Assembly: GCA_964016885.1 (NCBI GenBank)
Contig: OZ024741.1
Span: forward strand, 282,906,001 to 282,970,000
Source of the DNA: Eledone cirrhosa
Lineage: Eukaryota
Length of the DNA: 64,000 nt
Reading direction: 5' to 3'
The notes beneath the pieces were generated by a model. The model was given only the letters and a program-made list of their open reading frames with translations. It was not told the origin of the DNA and searched no databases. The translations under genes were made by a program, and so were the position numbers. Of the stretch, positions 51,043-64,000 are shown one piece after another. The first letter of the stretch is position 1, and each line of letters opens with the position of its first letter.

Positions 51043-51203
51043 TACGAAAAACATGGGCGGAGGTGGTGAGAGCAGACCTCAGATCGCTGAAACGCACTGA
51101 GGAGATGACGAAGGACTGTGACAAGTTGAGATATGCTGTGCTGAATAGGACCCGTCCAACCCTTACAAGCAGGGAAAAGCGGACGTAAAATGATGATGAT
51201 GAT
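51043..51203 (+). mobile_element. Short RTE 3' fragment
   Basis: Similar to 49370-49530; (GAT)n tail. Confidence 0.8.
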
Positions 51204-51219
51204 ATATATATATAAATAT

Positions 51220-51500
51220 ATGTAATCTGAGTTTTTAGAATATTAATAATAACATTCGATTCGTTTGCAATTATGCAAACAAGCCTCAATTTTATAGCCA
51301 TGTCAGTAGAATGAACCCTTCACTCTTGCTCTTGTGTTGGCATGTGAACAGAACTGCAGGCACTAATGTTTGGTTCATTCTACTGACATGGCTATAAATT
51401 GAGGCTTGTTTGCATAATTGCAAACGAATCGAATGTTATTATTAATATTCGAAAAACTCAGATTACATTTATTGTATTCAGCCATGTAGAGCGAAAAGTT

Positions 51501-51501
<1 letters not shown>
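51220..51501. mobile_element. Inverted pair of termini of the 5033-5854 family
   Basis: 51220-51371 and 51373-51501 are opposite-strand copies; the left arm stops at the HHR GAAA. Confidence 0.8.
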
Positions 51502-51541
<40 letters not shown>

Positions 51542-52044
51542 GGTGGATAGTCCACCATTTGCCTCCTTTACGGAACCATGGTTCAACTAAGCACTCTTGC
51601 GATATTAACACATTTTGAACTGCTTAACTTCAATGACTATGCTTGTAAATAACATTATTTTTTCTTCCACATTGACTTTTTACGTTCCACATTATGCACG
51701 TTTTTTTTTTCCTTTTTATTTTTTCTTTTCACTTCTTAAACCTTGTTTGTAAATAACATTATTCTTTCTGCACCTTCTGTTTAACATGTGCGACATCACA
51801 CTAATACATTTCACTATCATTTGATAATGCATATAAATGCTGAAACCGGTAATAGACAATCATTAAATATATAAATAGATAAATAAATGCCATTGTTAAA
51901 TAATAAATAAATCAACTAATACCTTAACACTTCACACATAGTAAAACATTTTGTTTTAATCATTTTCTAACCCAGAAAAAAGAGAGAGAGAAACAAAAAA
52001 GGAAAAAAATATATTTTTCTTCCTCATAATCGTCTCTTTCTCCG

Positions 52045-52075
<31 letters not shown>

Positions 52076-52080
<5 letters not shown>

Positions 52081-52510
52081 GAGGTTATATTTAATTTGTT
52101 GGGATACAACAAGCAAAATATGTTTATAACTGATATAAAGCACTCAACAAATTATTGGAGTAAATATACAATATGGAAACTATATTTATAAAAGAATATT
52201 TATTTCATTATACATATTTAAAGGGCCACCAAGGCAAACTATGGTGCACTTTCATCAGATAAAATATAATATAGGTTAGTTTTATAAATAAATATTGACA
52301 TACCCTGAAAAAATGCAACCATTTTGGTTGGAATCTCCTGGATAGTTGCATTTCTCCAGAATGGTTGCATTTTTTCAGGGTATGTCAATATTTATTTATA
52401 AAACTAACCTATATTATATTTTATCTGATGAAAGCGCACCATAGTTTGCCTTGGTGGCCCTTGAAATATGTATAATGAAATAAATATGGTTTTATAAATA
52501 TAGTTTCCAT
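52076..52510 (+). mobile_element. Mini-PLE: leader plus about 150-bp inverted arms, each with an HHR
   Basis: 52172-52323 inverted to about 52360-52510. Confidence 0.78.
52417..52482 (+). ncRNA. Type I hammerhead ribozyme; the mirror copy at 52201-52266 (minus) has UAAA for GAAA
   Basis: UAUUUUAU CUGAUGA aagcgCACCA..UGGUGgcccuu GAAA uaugua UA AUGAAAUA. Confidence 0.82.
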
Positions 52511-52792
52511 TTGTTAATATATTGTAGGTATGGGGGTGCGCTTGTTATATACGTATTTATTTATTTATATACGTTTATATAATTATTTATTTATTTGTAG
52601 ACACGCTTACACACACACACATATTTATATGTGCGTGGTTTTGTTTACCTATGGTAAGTTTTTGCGTATGCTTGTGTATGTACGTATTTGTTTGCGTGTT
52701 TGTATTTATTTATTTCTATTACTTCTGTATTGTATTTATTTACTTTGTTCTTAACTCTGTAGCGGAGATTCATTCGGTCTCCTAGTTAGAAT

Positions 52793-53050
52793 TTAGTCTA
52801 CGACTTCTGCTATACCATTTACGTGGTTTTGTCTTTGCGTGCTATTGTTCTCTACGCTACACATATGACGTAGTATCTTCGTTTTTTCGTTCATTGCCAG
52901 AGAACGTCTCTATGCACCACCTAAGAGAACATTAGTCTACAACCTGTTTTATACCATAAACGTGGTTCTGTCTTTGCGCGTAATTGCTTTTCACCGCTCC
53001 TATTAATGACGTATTATATTCGTTTTTTCCCGTTCTTAGCCAGCGAACGT
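52793..53050. repeat. Diverged tandem duplication (about 139-bp period)
   Basis: TTAGTCTAC..ACGTGGTT..GTCTTTGCG..TGACGTA..TTCGTTTTTTC..GAACGT twice; downstream 53171-53208 matches 63181-63218 inverted. Confidence 0.65.
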
Positions 53051-53202
53051 TACCACGAACCAAAGTATCGTCTTCCTGTCTTCCTCCGGTTGCAACGTTT
53101 TTTGAAATATCCAGTTCTGCGTTTACAGATTGACTTTGTTAGTTTCAGAAGATCCCGTTAAGGGTGAAAGCAGCGATTCTTTGCTTAAACTTTAATCTGT
53201 TA

Positions 53203-53260
<58 letters not shown>

Positions 53261-53263
<3 letters not shown>

Positions 53264-54153
53264 GGTGCGGACGATATTTGTTCGCAAGATTACTGTCTAG
53301 GAAAAATTAGCACAGTAGTTTTATTTTTTAAGATTTATTTATCAAACTTGGGTCAGTTTGTCTTCATGGCTTGTTCTTTCGATCTCACTCGATAAACTCG
53401 CCATTGGCTTTGATGATGGCCTCAAGGCGGCCCTGGAACCGGCTACAGGCCTTCGACACTGTCCCCCGACTTAGGCTCCTAAAGGCACTTGTGATCCTGG
53501 CCTTCAGATCGTCTTTCGTATTGCAGCTAGATCTGTTGGTATCTTGTTCCACTGCGCCCCACACAGAGAAGTCGAGAGGGTTGCAGTCAAGCGAGCTGGG
53601 AGGCCAGATGTCAAGTGAAGTGTGGTCGACGAAGTTCTCTGACAGCCAGGCTTGGATCTTTCGGCTGATATGGCAGGGCGCTGAGTCTTGCTGCCACACG
53701 TACGGCCTACCTGCAGCTACCTGGTCGATCCAGGGCTTTACTACCTCGCTCAGAACGCGGATATAGCCATCGGTGTTCAGCTTGAGGCCCTCAGGGAAGA
53801 AGTGAGGTGGCATGACGTCACCTTGACTGCTGACGACACCTAAGACTAATGTTGTCGCTGGAAACTTTGTCTGCATGACTCTGGGCACGTCTTTGGGTGA
53901 GACAGTGAGCCACCTGTTGTTCTGGGAGTTGATCTTCTGGTCCTTATTTGGCCTCCCGGCGCGGATTCCAAGAAGAACTCCGTGTCTCTTCCACAAATTT
54001 GGAGGTTCAAAATTATTCATAATCAATTATTCTGAAAATAAATAATGGAAATATAGTCACTGTTTTTATGAAGACAAAAGTGACAACGGAAGTAAAAAAA
54101 AATTGAATAAAATTAGCAGTTGAAAATTGCGAACAAATATCGTCCACACCCTT
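53261..54153 (-). mobile_element. maT (DD37D) Tc1/mariner element, internally deleted
   Basis: 27-bp TIRs CACGGTGCGGACGATATTTGTTCGCAA; TA flanks. Confidence 0.9.
53385..54026 (-). pseudogene. Truncated DD37D transposase ORF (213 aa)
   Basis: QQDSAPCH..WPPSSLDCNPLDF with D-to-D spacing 37; most of the HTH and the first D are missing. Confidence 0.85.
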
Positions 54154-54164
54154 TATATATATAT

Positions 54165-55372
54165 GTGGAGAGTCATATTTTTGTTATAATATTCCCAGAA
54201 TTAATAACAGAACACACTCACTGTTTGGTTGGTTTTCGCTTCTGTATCTTTTATATCAGTTAATTCATTCGGTCCTCAATGTTTACCATTGACTGACCAA
54301 CGGTAAAAAATACAGATATAATATAGATATAAACACATATATATAGTCTAACAATGTTCTTTCGTTGCACATCTGCAACATCGTCAGTGGTGCTATTATG
54401 TTCCTCCTGTTGTATTGTATATTTACGCCATCTTTATTTAATCTGTTTATTTTTTTTTTTTTGTCTTCTCTGCGCATGCGTTTGCGTGTGTATATAGTGT
54501 TTGGTGTGTGTTCGCGTTTGGGTGACTGTGTTTTGGTTATTGTATTCTATCTTAGTTTACTAGTGTGTGCTTATATGTGTTTGTTGTTATTGTGCTTGTG
54601 TATATATTTATTTATTTATTTATATTTCTCTTAAGTCACTATTGTTTGTTTGGGTGTTGTTGTTATTCCATTCATTTTTTCTGTTTAGCTTTGGCCTTCT
54701 AAGTCCTATTTCATTTGCCTCCCTGATTTGCCTATCTGCTGCGTCATTTCTATGTTTAGATATTTAGATATTATCTAAGCATAGAAATGACCCAGCAGAT
54801 AGGCAAATCAGAGAGGCAAGGCAAATAGAACTTAGAAGGCCAAAGCTAAACAGAAAAAAATGAATGGAATAACAACAATGCCCAAACAAACAATACTGAC
54901 TTAAGAGAAATATAAATAAATAAATAAATAAATAAATATATACACAAGCACAATAACAACAAACACATATAAGCACACACTAGTAAACTAAGATAGAATA
55001 CAATAACCAAAACACAGTCACCCAAATGCGAACACGCACCAAACACTATACACACATGCAAACGCATGCACAGGGAAGAAGGCAAAAATAAATAAATAAA
55101 TAAATAAACAGATTAAATAAAGATGGCATAAATATACAGGAGGAACATAATAGCACCACTGAAGATGTTGCAGATGTGCAACGAAAGAATTTTGTTAGAC
55201 TATATATATGTGTTTATATCTATATTTTTTACCGTTGGTCAGTCAATGGTAAACATTGAGGACCGAATGAATTAACTGATATAAAAGATACAGAAGCGAA
55301 AACCAACCAAACGGTTAGTGTGTTCTGTTATTAATTCTGGCAATATTATTACAACAATATGACACTCCCAAA
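54165..55372. repeat. About 1.2-kb imperfect palindrome of two Penelope 3' termini, each with an HHR (54350-54391 minus; 55155-55196 plus)
   Basis: Centre near 54765; CUGA(C/A)GA u GUUGCA gaug UGCAAC GAAA; outer end resembles the pLTR at 16200-16280. Confidence 0.85.
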
Positions 55373-55422
55373 GTATAATGATATTTGTTTTGACACACGA
55401 TTTCATATCAAAAACCTCGCAA

Positions 55423-55463
<41 letters not shown>

Positions 55464-55522
55464 CAAGGCTCTGATACCATCAACACTATACACACAGAGC
55501 TGGCATATCTAAGAACTGACTA

Positions 55523-55578
55523 ACTGCCTGATGAGGTCATAGCCATTCAATGGCTATCATGGAAATATATATAGCAGT
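55523..55578 (+). ncRNA. Type I hammerhead ribozyme in a roughly 165-bp solitary terminus
   Basis: ACUGC CUGAUGA ggucAUAGCCA uucaa UGGCUAUcaug GAAA uauaua UA GCAGU. Confidence 0.82.
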
Positions 55579-55638
55579 AAATAAAGGATTATGAGTTCAT
55601 GCAATTGACTTATGTTTTGTCACTATATATATATATAT

Positions 55639-55760
55639 GCCAGACAGTCCTATGCGAGCAAGAAAATCACTCTTGCCTCAAGTGGGACTACCCCCGTCCA
55701 AACCCATGCAAGCGTGGAACACGGACGTTAAACGTTGATGATGATGATGATGATGATGAT
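55639..55760 (+). mobile_element. Very short RTE 3' end
   Basis: Matches about 45030-45141; (GAT)n tail. Confidence 0.75.
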
Positions 55761-55782
55761 ATATATATATATATATATATAT

Positions 55783-58348
55783 AAACCTGGAGAAGAAAGA
55801 TCTGGAAGCTGAAAGTCCCCTCAACCAGTAACAGATTTAAAGATATTTTACTCAACGCCTACGACAGTAAAGAAGAACAGATAGAGACATTTAACGTAGA
55901 AGAGAACTGGGAGTTCCTAAAAAATAACTTACTAGAGGCGACGGATGAGGTTTGTGGCTGGAGTAAGACCTCAAGCAGGAGGAGAGTGACTTGGTGGTGG
56001 AACAATAAGGTAGATGAAGCAGTCAAGGCCAAGAGACAGGCATGGAAAGAATGGAAGAACGGGGGGAGCAGGGTACATTACATAGAGACCAAGAGGGAAG
56101 CTAGGCGACAAGTATACTTAGCTAGGAGGGAAGCAGAGGATAGAAAATTCAAGCATGTTTTACAACGTGAGGACCAGAAACAGGAGGTATTCAAGATTGC
56201 GAGGCAGTGTGTCAGAGATAGTTGTGATGTCATTGGAGAGAAGTGTATCCGGAATGATAAAGGTGAGCTTGCCCTCACAAGTGCTGAGAAGAAAGATGCA
56301 TGGAAGAGTCATTATGATAGATTACTAAATGAGGAGAATGCATGGGAAGAAGAGACCCTACCCCACGTAGACCCTATAGAGGGACCAGCAGTACAAGTCA
56401 GCGGCAGCGTAGTAAGTAAGGCAATCAGAGATATGAAGATAGGGAAGGCAACCGGTCCATCGGGTATAGCTGCCGAGATGCTGAAGGCATCTGGGTCTGT
56501 AGGTCACACTATAACCACACGTATCGTTAACCAGGTAATACTAGAGGGGGCCATACCAAAAGATTGGTGCAGTAGCATCATTGTCAACTGCTACAAAGGT
56601 AAAGGCGATGCACTAGATAGAGGAAACTATAGAGGTATAAAGTTGATGGACCAGGTCATGAAAGTAACAGAAAGAGTTATAGCACAGCTGATTAGGGACC
56701 GGGTGAATATAGACGAGATGCAATTTGGGTTTGTACCAGGGAAAGGCACCACTGATGCCCTCTTCCTTGTGAGGCAATTACAGGAAAAGTACCTAGCTAA
56801 AAGTAAGCCACTCTACTTGGCATTTGTCGACCTTGAGAAAGCCTTTGACAGAGTTCCACGTGCAGTAATCTGGTGGGCTCTTAGAAAACTAGGAGTAGAT
56901 GAATGGCTTGTGAAAGCGGTACAAGCCATGTATAGGGGAGCAGTCAGCAAAGTTAGGATTGGCAATGAGTATAGCGAGGAATTTAGCGTACAGGTTGGGG
57001 TCCACCAGGGCTCTGTTCTTAGCCCTCTCCTGTTCATCATAGTCCTGCAGGCAATAACGGAGGAGTTTAAGACCGGATGCCCATGGGAACTCCTGTATGC
57101 TGATGACCTCGCACTCATAGCTGAATCTATGGTAGAACTAGAGAATAAATTCCAAACCTGGAAGCAGGGACTAGAGAGAAAGGGTCAAAGTCAACATGAC
57201 AAAGACTAAGGTCCTTATAAGTAGACGAGAAAACAGAACCCAGATCCCCTCAGGGAAATGGCCTTGCTCAGTATGTAGGAAAGGTGTAGGTAGGAACTCC
57301 ATTCTTTGCCCCAAATGCAAACAATGGGTACACAAGAGATGTAGCGGGATCTCAGGAAGCTTAATTAAGAATGTAGGATTCACATGCAGCAGCTGTGCTG
57401 AAACAGCAAGCAAACAGCCACAGGAAACAAGTACCACCAATCTCTGGGAGGGCCCTGTAGAAACAGTAGACAGCTTCTGCTACCTAGGTGACCGAATTAG
57501 CAACGGAGGTGGGTGCTCAGAAAGTACAATAACTAGGGTAAGAACGGGATGGAAGAAGTTTAGGGAACTACTACCACTGCTAGCTGCAAAAGGCTTCTCC
57601 CTCAGAATGAAAGGCAGACTGTATGATGCGTGTATCCGAACAGCGATGTTGCATGGTAGTGAGACCTGGGCGCTGAAGGTGGAAGACTTACGTAGATTAG
57701 AGAGAAACGAAGCCTGCATGCTCCGATGGATGTGTAACAGTAATATACGTGAACGACAAAGCATAAAGGAATTGAGAGAGAGACTGAGCATAAGAGGAAT
57801 CAAATGCTGCGTGCAGGAGTGGCGGTTACGCTGGTATGGACATGTGATGCGTATGAAGGATGACAGCTGCATAAAAAGGTGCAGAGCACTAGAAGTTGAT
57901 GGAAACCGCGGAGTGGGGAGACCCAAGATGACTTGGGATGAGGTGATAAAAGCCGACCTTACCCAACTACACCTCTCAAAGTCAATGACACACGACCGTG
58001 ACCTCTGGCGTCACGCAGTAATACAGGGTACCCGACCTCCCATGGGTACATGCTGAAGCATATAATCAATATGCCCCCCCCCCCCCCACCGCAAGGTGGT
58101 CGTGGAGGTGCCACGGCAAAAAAGCACCCAGCCCACACTGTAAAGTGGACGTGTAGGCGCCACGAAAAAGCACCCAGCACTCACTGTAAATGAGGTTGGT
58201 GTTAGGAAGGGCATCCAGCTGTAGAAATCAAGCCAGATCAGTTCCTGTATGAGCAAGGCATGGTCAGCCGACCAGACACTGCCCACAACAGGACAACCCG
58301 TCTAACCCATGCTAGCGTGGAAGAACGGACGTAAAACGGTGATGATGA

Positions 58349-58351
<3 letters not shown>
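55783..58351 (+). mobile_element. 5'-truncated RTE LINE; RT split by one frameshift near 57185 (ORFs 55986-57209 and 57196-58056)
   Basis: TWWWN, NYRGI, DLEKAFDRV, GVHQGSVLSP, LYADD, PHD-like Cys cluster, RLRWYGHV, (GAT)n tail. Confidence 0.93.
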
Positions 58352-58403
<52 letters not shown>

Positions 58404-58569
58404 TAATTTATAATTTATAATTTATAATTTATAATTTATAATTTGTAATTTATAAATTGTGAAACTTTATTTATTGATGAATTCATTGGACCTTGTTAAA
58501 CTTTTAATCATATTTAGCTCCCTACAGGTTGAGCGCTTTTTCTACAATAGATTACAAATTTAATAAATA

Positions 58570-60925
58570 ATGGAATTCTTTACATTCTCGACATCTCTCA
58601 AGGATATACCTATACCATCTAATGATGAATACATGAGGAAGCTGATAGGGCAAACAAACTCCTTTATAAGAAGAGTGGGGTGGTGTGCGTTTCATTTTGA
58701 AAACAAAGAAGCAAAAAGGAAAAACAACAACAACAATAATTTCGAAAACATCTTCAAATCTAGGAAAAATCCTCCATACAACAAACTCCTGGAGGATTTT
58801 GAAAGTGAAATTCTTAATATACTAAAGAAGATAAAATTTAAGAAAAAACCATATAAAGGTCAACAATACGTTAGAAGTCTGAAGGAAAAAATCATAGATA
58901 TAAAAAAAACTAATAAAATATTGGTGAAGTCAGACAAAACCAACAACTTATATGGGATTGAAAAAACAGAATATAAAGATTTAATTTTAAAAGAACTGAG
59001 AAAGAATTATAGAAAGGCCCCATCTGATGATTTAATAGACATCAATAATGACGCGTTTAAAATAATAGCCAAACTTGGAATTTATACCTAGACAGCCGAG
59101 GATAAATTTTAAGGATCACAAGAGAAATTTTGAAGAAGACTTGCCGGTTAGACTGATAGCTCCCTCTAAGTCAGACATTGGAGTAATCAGTAAAAATATT
59201 ATTGATAGAATTTTACCAACATTGAAATTGAAGTCAAAGCTGAGCTTATGGAAGGACACTAGTGAAGTAATAGACTGGTTTAAAAATATAGAAAATAAGA
59301 AAAGTCTCAAATTTATTCAAATGGACATAGCAAGTTACTACTCATCTATTACACCTAACCTCTTGAATAAGGCTTTGTCTTACGCTTATAAACATAGAGA
59401 TCTAACTAGCGAGGAGATTAATATCATATTAATGGCTAGAAGAACCCTAATTAATTTTAATAATGAGTTTTGGACCCACTCAGATAGGAATAGAAATTTT
59501 GACATTACTATGGGGTCATCTGAGTCTGCACAAATTACCGATCTTCTGGGAATTTTTATCCTCAATATGGTAAATAGAAAATTGCCGGAGATTACCGGTG
59601 GTTTATATAGGGATGATATTTTATTTACTGTAGTTAAACATAGCAATACAGAACTAAATAGGGTTAAGAAAACAATAATAGAATTCTTTAAAAATTATGA
59701 CCTTAAATTAGAAGTTGAAAGTAGCACTAAAGTAGTTAACTTCCTTGATGTCACCCTTAATTTAAATTCAGGATTATATTACCCCTTCCATAAGCCCAAT
59801 GAAAACCTAAATTATGTTAACTATTACTCAAATCCCCCTAAATCCGTGAAAAATGCAATAGTCAATAGTGTTCAAAAACGCTTATCTAGATTATCCGCTA
59901 ACAAATCCATTTTTGATGAAAAAGCTGGATATTATAATGAGGCATTACATAAGGCAGGATATAAAAATAATATTGAATATCTAGATAATACTAATTTGAA
60001 TTCTAAATTAGGTAAAAATATGAATAACATAAATAAAGCGGACTCTAAAAATTATTTAAATATAAATAAAAATAATAATGTCGTGAATAAATCTCGGAAA
60101 AAAATCAGAACCAAAGCAGTGATTTGGTATGCACCTCCCGCATCTTTAGCTATCAAAACATCCCTGGCAAATTTATTCTTTAAGGCTTTAGATAAATGCT
60201 TTCCCAGTACACATAAATACCATTCTATATTCAATAGACATACAATTAAGCTATCATACTCAACAACTATGAATATGGCACAGAACATTGCAAAAATAAA
60301 TAGTAGAATTCTTAATCATAACCAACAAACAATTAGGGATAATGGCAATATTAACATTAGCAATAATAGTGATACTGCGAATAACAATAACATTAACTTA
60401 AGCACTCACAACAGAACACCTTCATCTATTAGCAATGATAACGTGTACAGTTTAAATTATAATAATAACAGTAAATAGAAATGTAACTGTAGAAATAGAT
60501 CGAATTGCCCTCTGCAAAATAATTGTCTTGTTAAGAACCTAGTTTATAAATGTACTGTTAAAGCAAATAACATGACCTACAACTATATAGGAGCAACCTC
60601 ATCGAGCTTTAAATTAAGATATTCGAATCACAAACATTCTTTTTCGAATCCGGATAAAAAATTCTCCACCTCTTTATCACAACTCATATGGTCCTTGAAA
60701 GACAAAAATTTAGAGTACTCAATATTTTGGTCAAAACTTTGTAATAGCCAAGTCTACATTAATTCCTCCGTATCACTTAACTGCAATCTTTGTGATATGG
60801 AGACCCTATTAATAATTACTAATTATGATAAGTTAATTAACAAAAAAAGTGAATTATTCTCAAATTGCTTGCACAAAGCTACATCTACATTCCAAGCTTC
60901 ACAAAAAATCAGGAAAAAACATTGA
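58570..60925 (+). pseudogene. PLE RT-GIY-YIG polyprotein (frameshift near 59080, in-frame TAG at 60476-60478)
   Basis: SLKDIPIP..KSDKTNNLY..FKDHK..DIASYYSSI..GLYRDD..NFLDVTLNL..WYAPP..*KCNCR..CPL..LVYKC..YIGAT..CNLC. Confidence 0.9.
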
Positions 60926-62221
60926 ATAAATGTGAAATGATTTAGACGTTTATTAATAACTCTGAGTGTAAAACAATATTGTCTCAGATTAAAAATTCTT
61001 GTAATGCTTTTATTATTTATACTATTATTAAAATTAGATTAAGGGTTTCTACCTTAACATTGAAAGTGTTAACCTGATCTCTTGTTGAGTATGTATGACC
61101 TTTACATTGTTTAAATACATTTAATTTTGGTTTTCGTATTTTCTAAATCTTATATCTTATATATTTGATACCTTTAATGTATTCAGGCTTGTAAACCGTT
61201 TAATTACTTTGAATGGTTATTTACAATTCACGAGGATATGATTATATATTTATAGTATAAAAGTCTCCTTAGATCCAAGTTGATAAATTTTTTTTTATAT
61301 ACTTAAATTTATGTAAAATTCTAAATACAGTAAAATCTAGTTGAATTAAATTTATAACACTCTCAACAGAAATTATACTACATTTAAGTGACTAATATCG
61401 TCTTAGACCTTAAAATTTATAGTCTATATATAAATTATATAAATGTGTATATCTAGATAAATCTGGTTTAATAATATCTTATTAGATACATTTATAATGC
61501 TTTATGACTTATTAATAACATTTTAATTTTAAGGTTTTTTTTTTACTAATATATTGATTATATTCTTGATTTTAATATACTTTTAAATATACTTTTGAAT
61601 ACATTTGGAGTTATGATGGACATAAATTTATCTCTTTCACGTTACATTTGCTTGAACTCAAATATAATACAATAATATAAATCCTTTAAAATTTTATAGT
61701 CTAAAATCTTATGTCATTTGATTAATTGACTATTTTCAATTAACTTAAGATTTGAAAATAAACGGTCACGCATTATTCTTTCCCTCTATCTAATTATACG
61801 CTATTTACATGTTACAATGCATATCTCACTCCCTTTGATTATACGATTTAACTTATTTTCCTCTCTCTATCATTTGATCATTTCTCCCTTCTCTTGTTCC
61901 TACGATCAAATCTCCTTTTTTTTCTCTTTTTCTCTCTTTCCTCATGATTTGCTATCTGTATCTCTCACTTCCACTATCAACATTAAAGAGGTATGAATAT
62001 ATTATTATTATTTAAATTTTTAACAGTTATATAAGTTTATGTATTATATATTATTAATTATTTATATATCTTTTTACACATTCTCATATGCACCCTCTGT
62101 ATTATATGTAATTTTTCATGTTTCAACTTAAGGTATATAAATATCAAGTTTTGTCATAACTAATCACTGCCATGACTAAATTATAACCATCAACATAGTC
62201 AAGGTATGTCAGGCATCAACT

Positions 62222-62288
62222 TATTTTATCTGATGAGGACGTACTGTTGAAATAGCTCCAGTATCTCTGAAATATGTATAATAAAATA
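62222..62288 (+). ncRNA. Type I hammerhead ribozyme
   Basis: UAUUUUAU CUGAUGA ggacGUACUG..CAGUAUcucu GAAA uaugua UA AUAAAAUA. Confidence 0.82.
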
Positions 62289-62328
62289 TATTTGATCACA
62301 TGAATGTCTATATTTATTAATATTTTGA

Positions 62329-62366
<38 letters not shown>

Positions 62367-63436
62367 GTTAACTATATGTCTAGTCAATTTCTACAGGCTA
62401 ATAGAAATATTAGGTAAATTTTTTGTAGCTATAAGTCGCGGATAAGAAGCTATATCATTTATCTATTGTTTCTTCATAAGTACATTTTAAACTTATAGCC
62501 TCGTTTAAATGATTTTTTGTGTGGTTGATTTATGCTGATTGGGAGGAGAAATACTGTACATATTTTATCTAATGATTCTATGGACTTATTTTTATATATA
62601 TATATATCCAAAATTTAAATTAAATTAAGGGTGTGATGTCAGAGAGACATGCGCCATATCCACTGTAAAATATGCTCCAAGATTCCAATGAATAGATCCG
62701 AGCATTTTCTATCAACTAGAAATTGATTGACATATATATATATATAAAATAAACATATGAAACAATCACAGGGGATAATCTGTAAAAGTGTGTAAGCATG
62801 CACAGCTATGTAGGTAACTAATTAAAGTTTAACTAGAACTTCAAAAATAGATACCTTATAAATTGATTAATCTTCCTTGTATAGACTGTGGGGAGAGCTG
62901 AAGGTGGTGTTTGTGTACGTGTGTGTGTATGTGAATGTGAGAGTTGAGGGAAGAACAAGGTTCCATGTTCAGGTAAAGGGGAACCGGTGTGTGCGTGCGT
63001 GTGGATGGAGAGGTGTCAGAGGCGTGGGGAGGGGGGGTCATGTGGAATCCGGAGGCTGAGTGTGTGTGTGTGGGGGGATACGCACGTGTTTATACGTGGT
63101 GTGGATGTAGGTGGCGTGGTTCGAAAAGAAATGTGAGTGTTTGTTCGTGGGTATGTTCCTAAAGTATATATATATATTTATTAAAATAACAGATTAAAGT
63201 TTAAGCAAAGAATCGCTGAGTGTAACTTGGAGTTACTTCAGATTCACCCGGGTGAGCACTCGATGTTTAGGTTCACTTCTGTGTTGATTTTCTACTAGCA
63301 TTTTAAAGGGTCCGTCGAGTTGCCAATGATAGAGTCGGGTAAGATCGATACAGATCGAACCTTGAGCTGATCAGTGGCGAAACGCCATCAATAAATGTAA
63401 TGAAGGAGTAACCAATCGTCCTTGTTATCCTTTCAA

Positions 63437-64000
63437 TCATCACCGTTTTACGTCCGTTCTTCCACGCTAGCATGGGTTAGACGGGTTGTCCTGTTGTGGG
63501 CAGTGTCTGGTCGGCTGACCATGCCTTGCTCATACAGGAACTGATCTGGCTTGATTTCTACAGCTGGATGCCCTTCCTAACACCAACCTCATTTACAGTG
63601 AGTGCTGGGTGCTTTTTCGTGGCGCCTACACGTCCACTTTACAGTGTGGGCTGGGTGCTTTTTTGCCGTGGCACCTCCACGACCACCTTGCGGTGGGGGG
63701 GGGGGGCATATTGTTTATATGCTTCAGCATGTACCCATGGGAGGTCGGGTACCCTGTATTACTGCGTGACGCCAGAAGTCACGGTCGTGTGTCATTGACT
63801 TTGAGAAGTGTAGTTGGGTAAGGTCGGCTTTTATCACCTCATCCCAAGTCATCTTGGGTCTCCCCACTCCGCGGTTTCCATCAACTTCTAGTGCTCTGCA
63901 CCTTTTTATGCAGCTGTCATCCTTCATACGCATCACATGTCCATACCAGCGTAACCGCCTCTCCTGCACGCAGCATTTGATTCCTCTTATGCTCAGTCTC
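63437..64000 (-). mobile_element. RTE LINE 3' part, continuing beyond the window
   Basis: Near-identical reverse complement of about 57780-58345. Confidence 0.92.

Larger units (their letters stand above)
58440..62335 (+). mobile_element. Near full-length Penelope-like (Naiad-like) element
   Basis: ORF pieces 58570-60925, about 1.4-kb AT-rich 3' UTR ending in an HHR, TA flanks. Confidence 0.9.

Noticed and set aside
53146-53175. CAGAAGA..GAAA as a hammerhead
   Set aside because: Core mutated; stems I and III not recoverable
58570-62335. Selenoprotein-encoding Naiad
   Set aside because: No in-frame UGA at Cys positions in the segments I translated; SECIS not identifiable by eye

Overview
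AT-rich eukaryotic (animal) DNA made almost entirely of nested transposable elements separated by (TA)n/(TG)n microsatellites. I found no supportable host gene. The tRNA-derived SINEs and the RTE/Penelope/Helitron mix resemble cephalopod (Octopus-like) repeats; that assignment is an inference. Coding or formerly coding elements: an apparently intact Tx1/L1-clade LINE (ORF2 runs off the left edge), four Penelope-like elements (PLEs; three Naiad-like, GIY-YIG), many RTE LINE pieces, a CR1/L2-type LINE, a Ty3/Gypsy element with a fold-back 5' LTR, Helitrons, a Buster/Charlie hAT, a Tc1 (DD34E) and a maT (DD37D). There is also a non-coding LTR element with a tRNA-Trp PBS. The strongest signal invisible to the ORF track is about 20 minimal type-I hammerhead-ribozyme (HHR) motifs (stem I-CUGANGA-stem II-GAAA-short, often palindromic stem III-UH-stem I) from several sequence families. 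They lie in the PLE termini and in small non-coding derivatives, including a 405-nt retrozyme-like unit that begins at the predicted cleavage site. Many truncation or inversion junctions fall inside the ribozyme. All calls were made by eye; boundaries are approximate unless a TSD or TIR is quoted.
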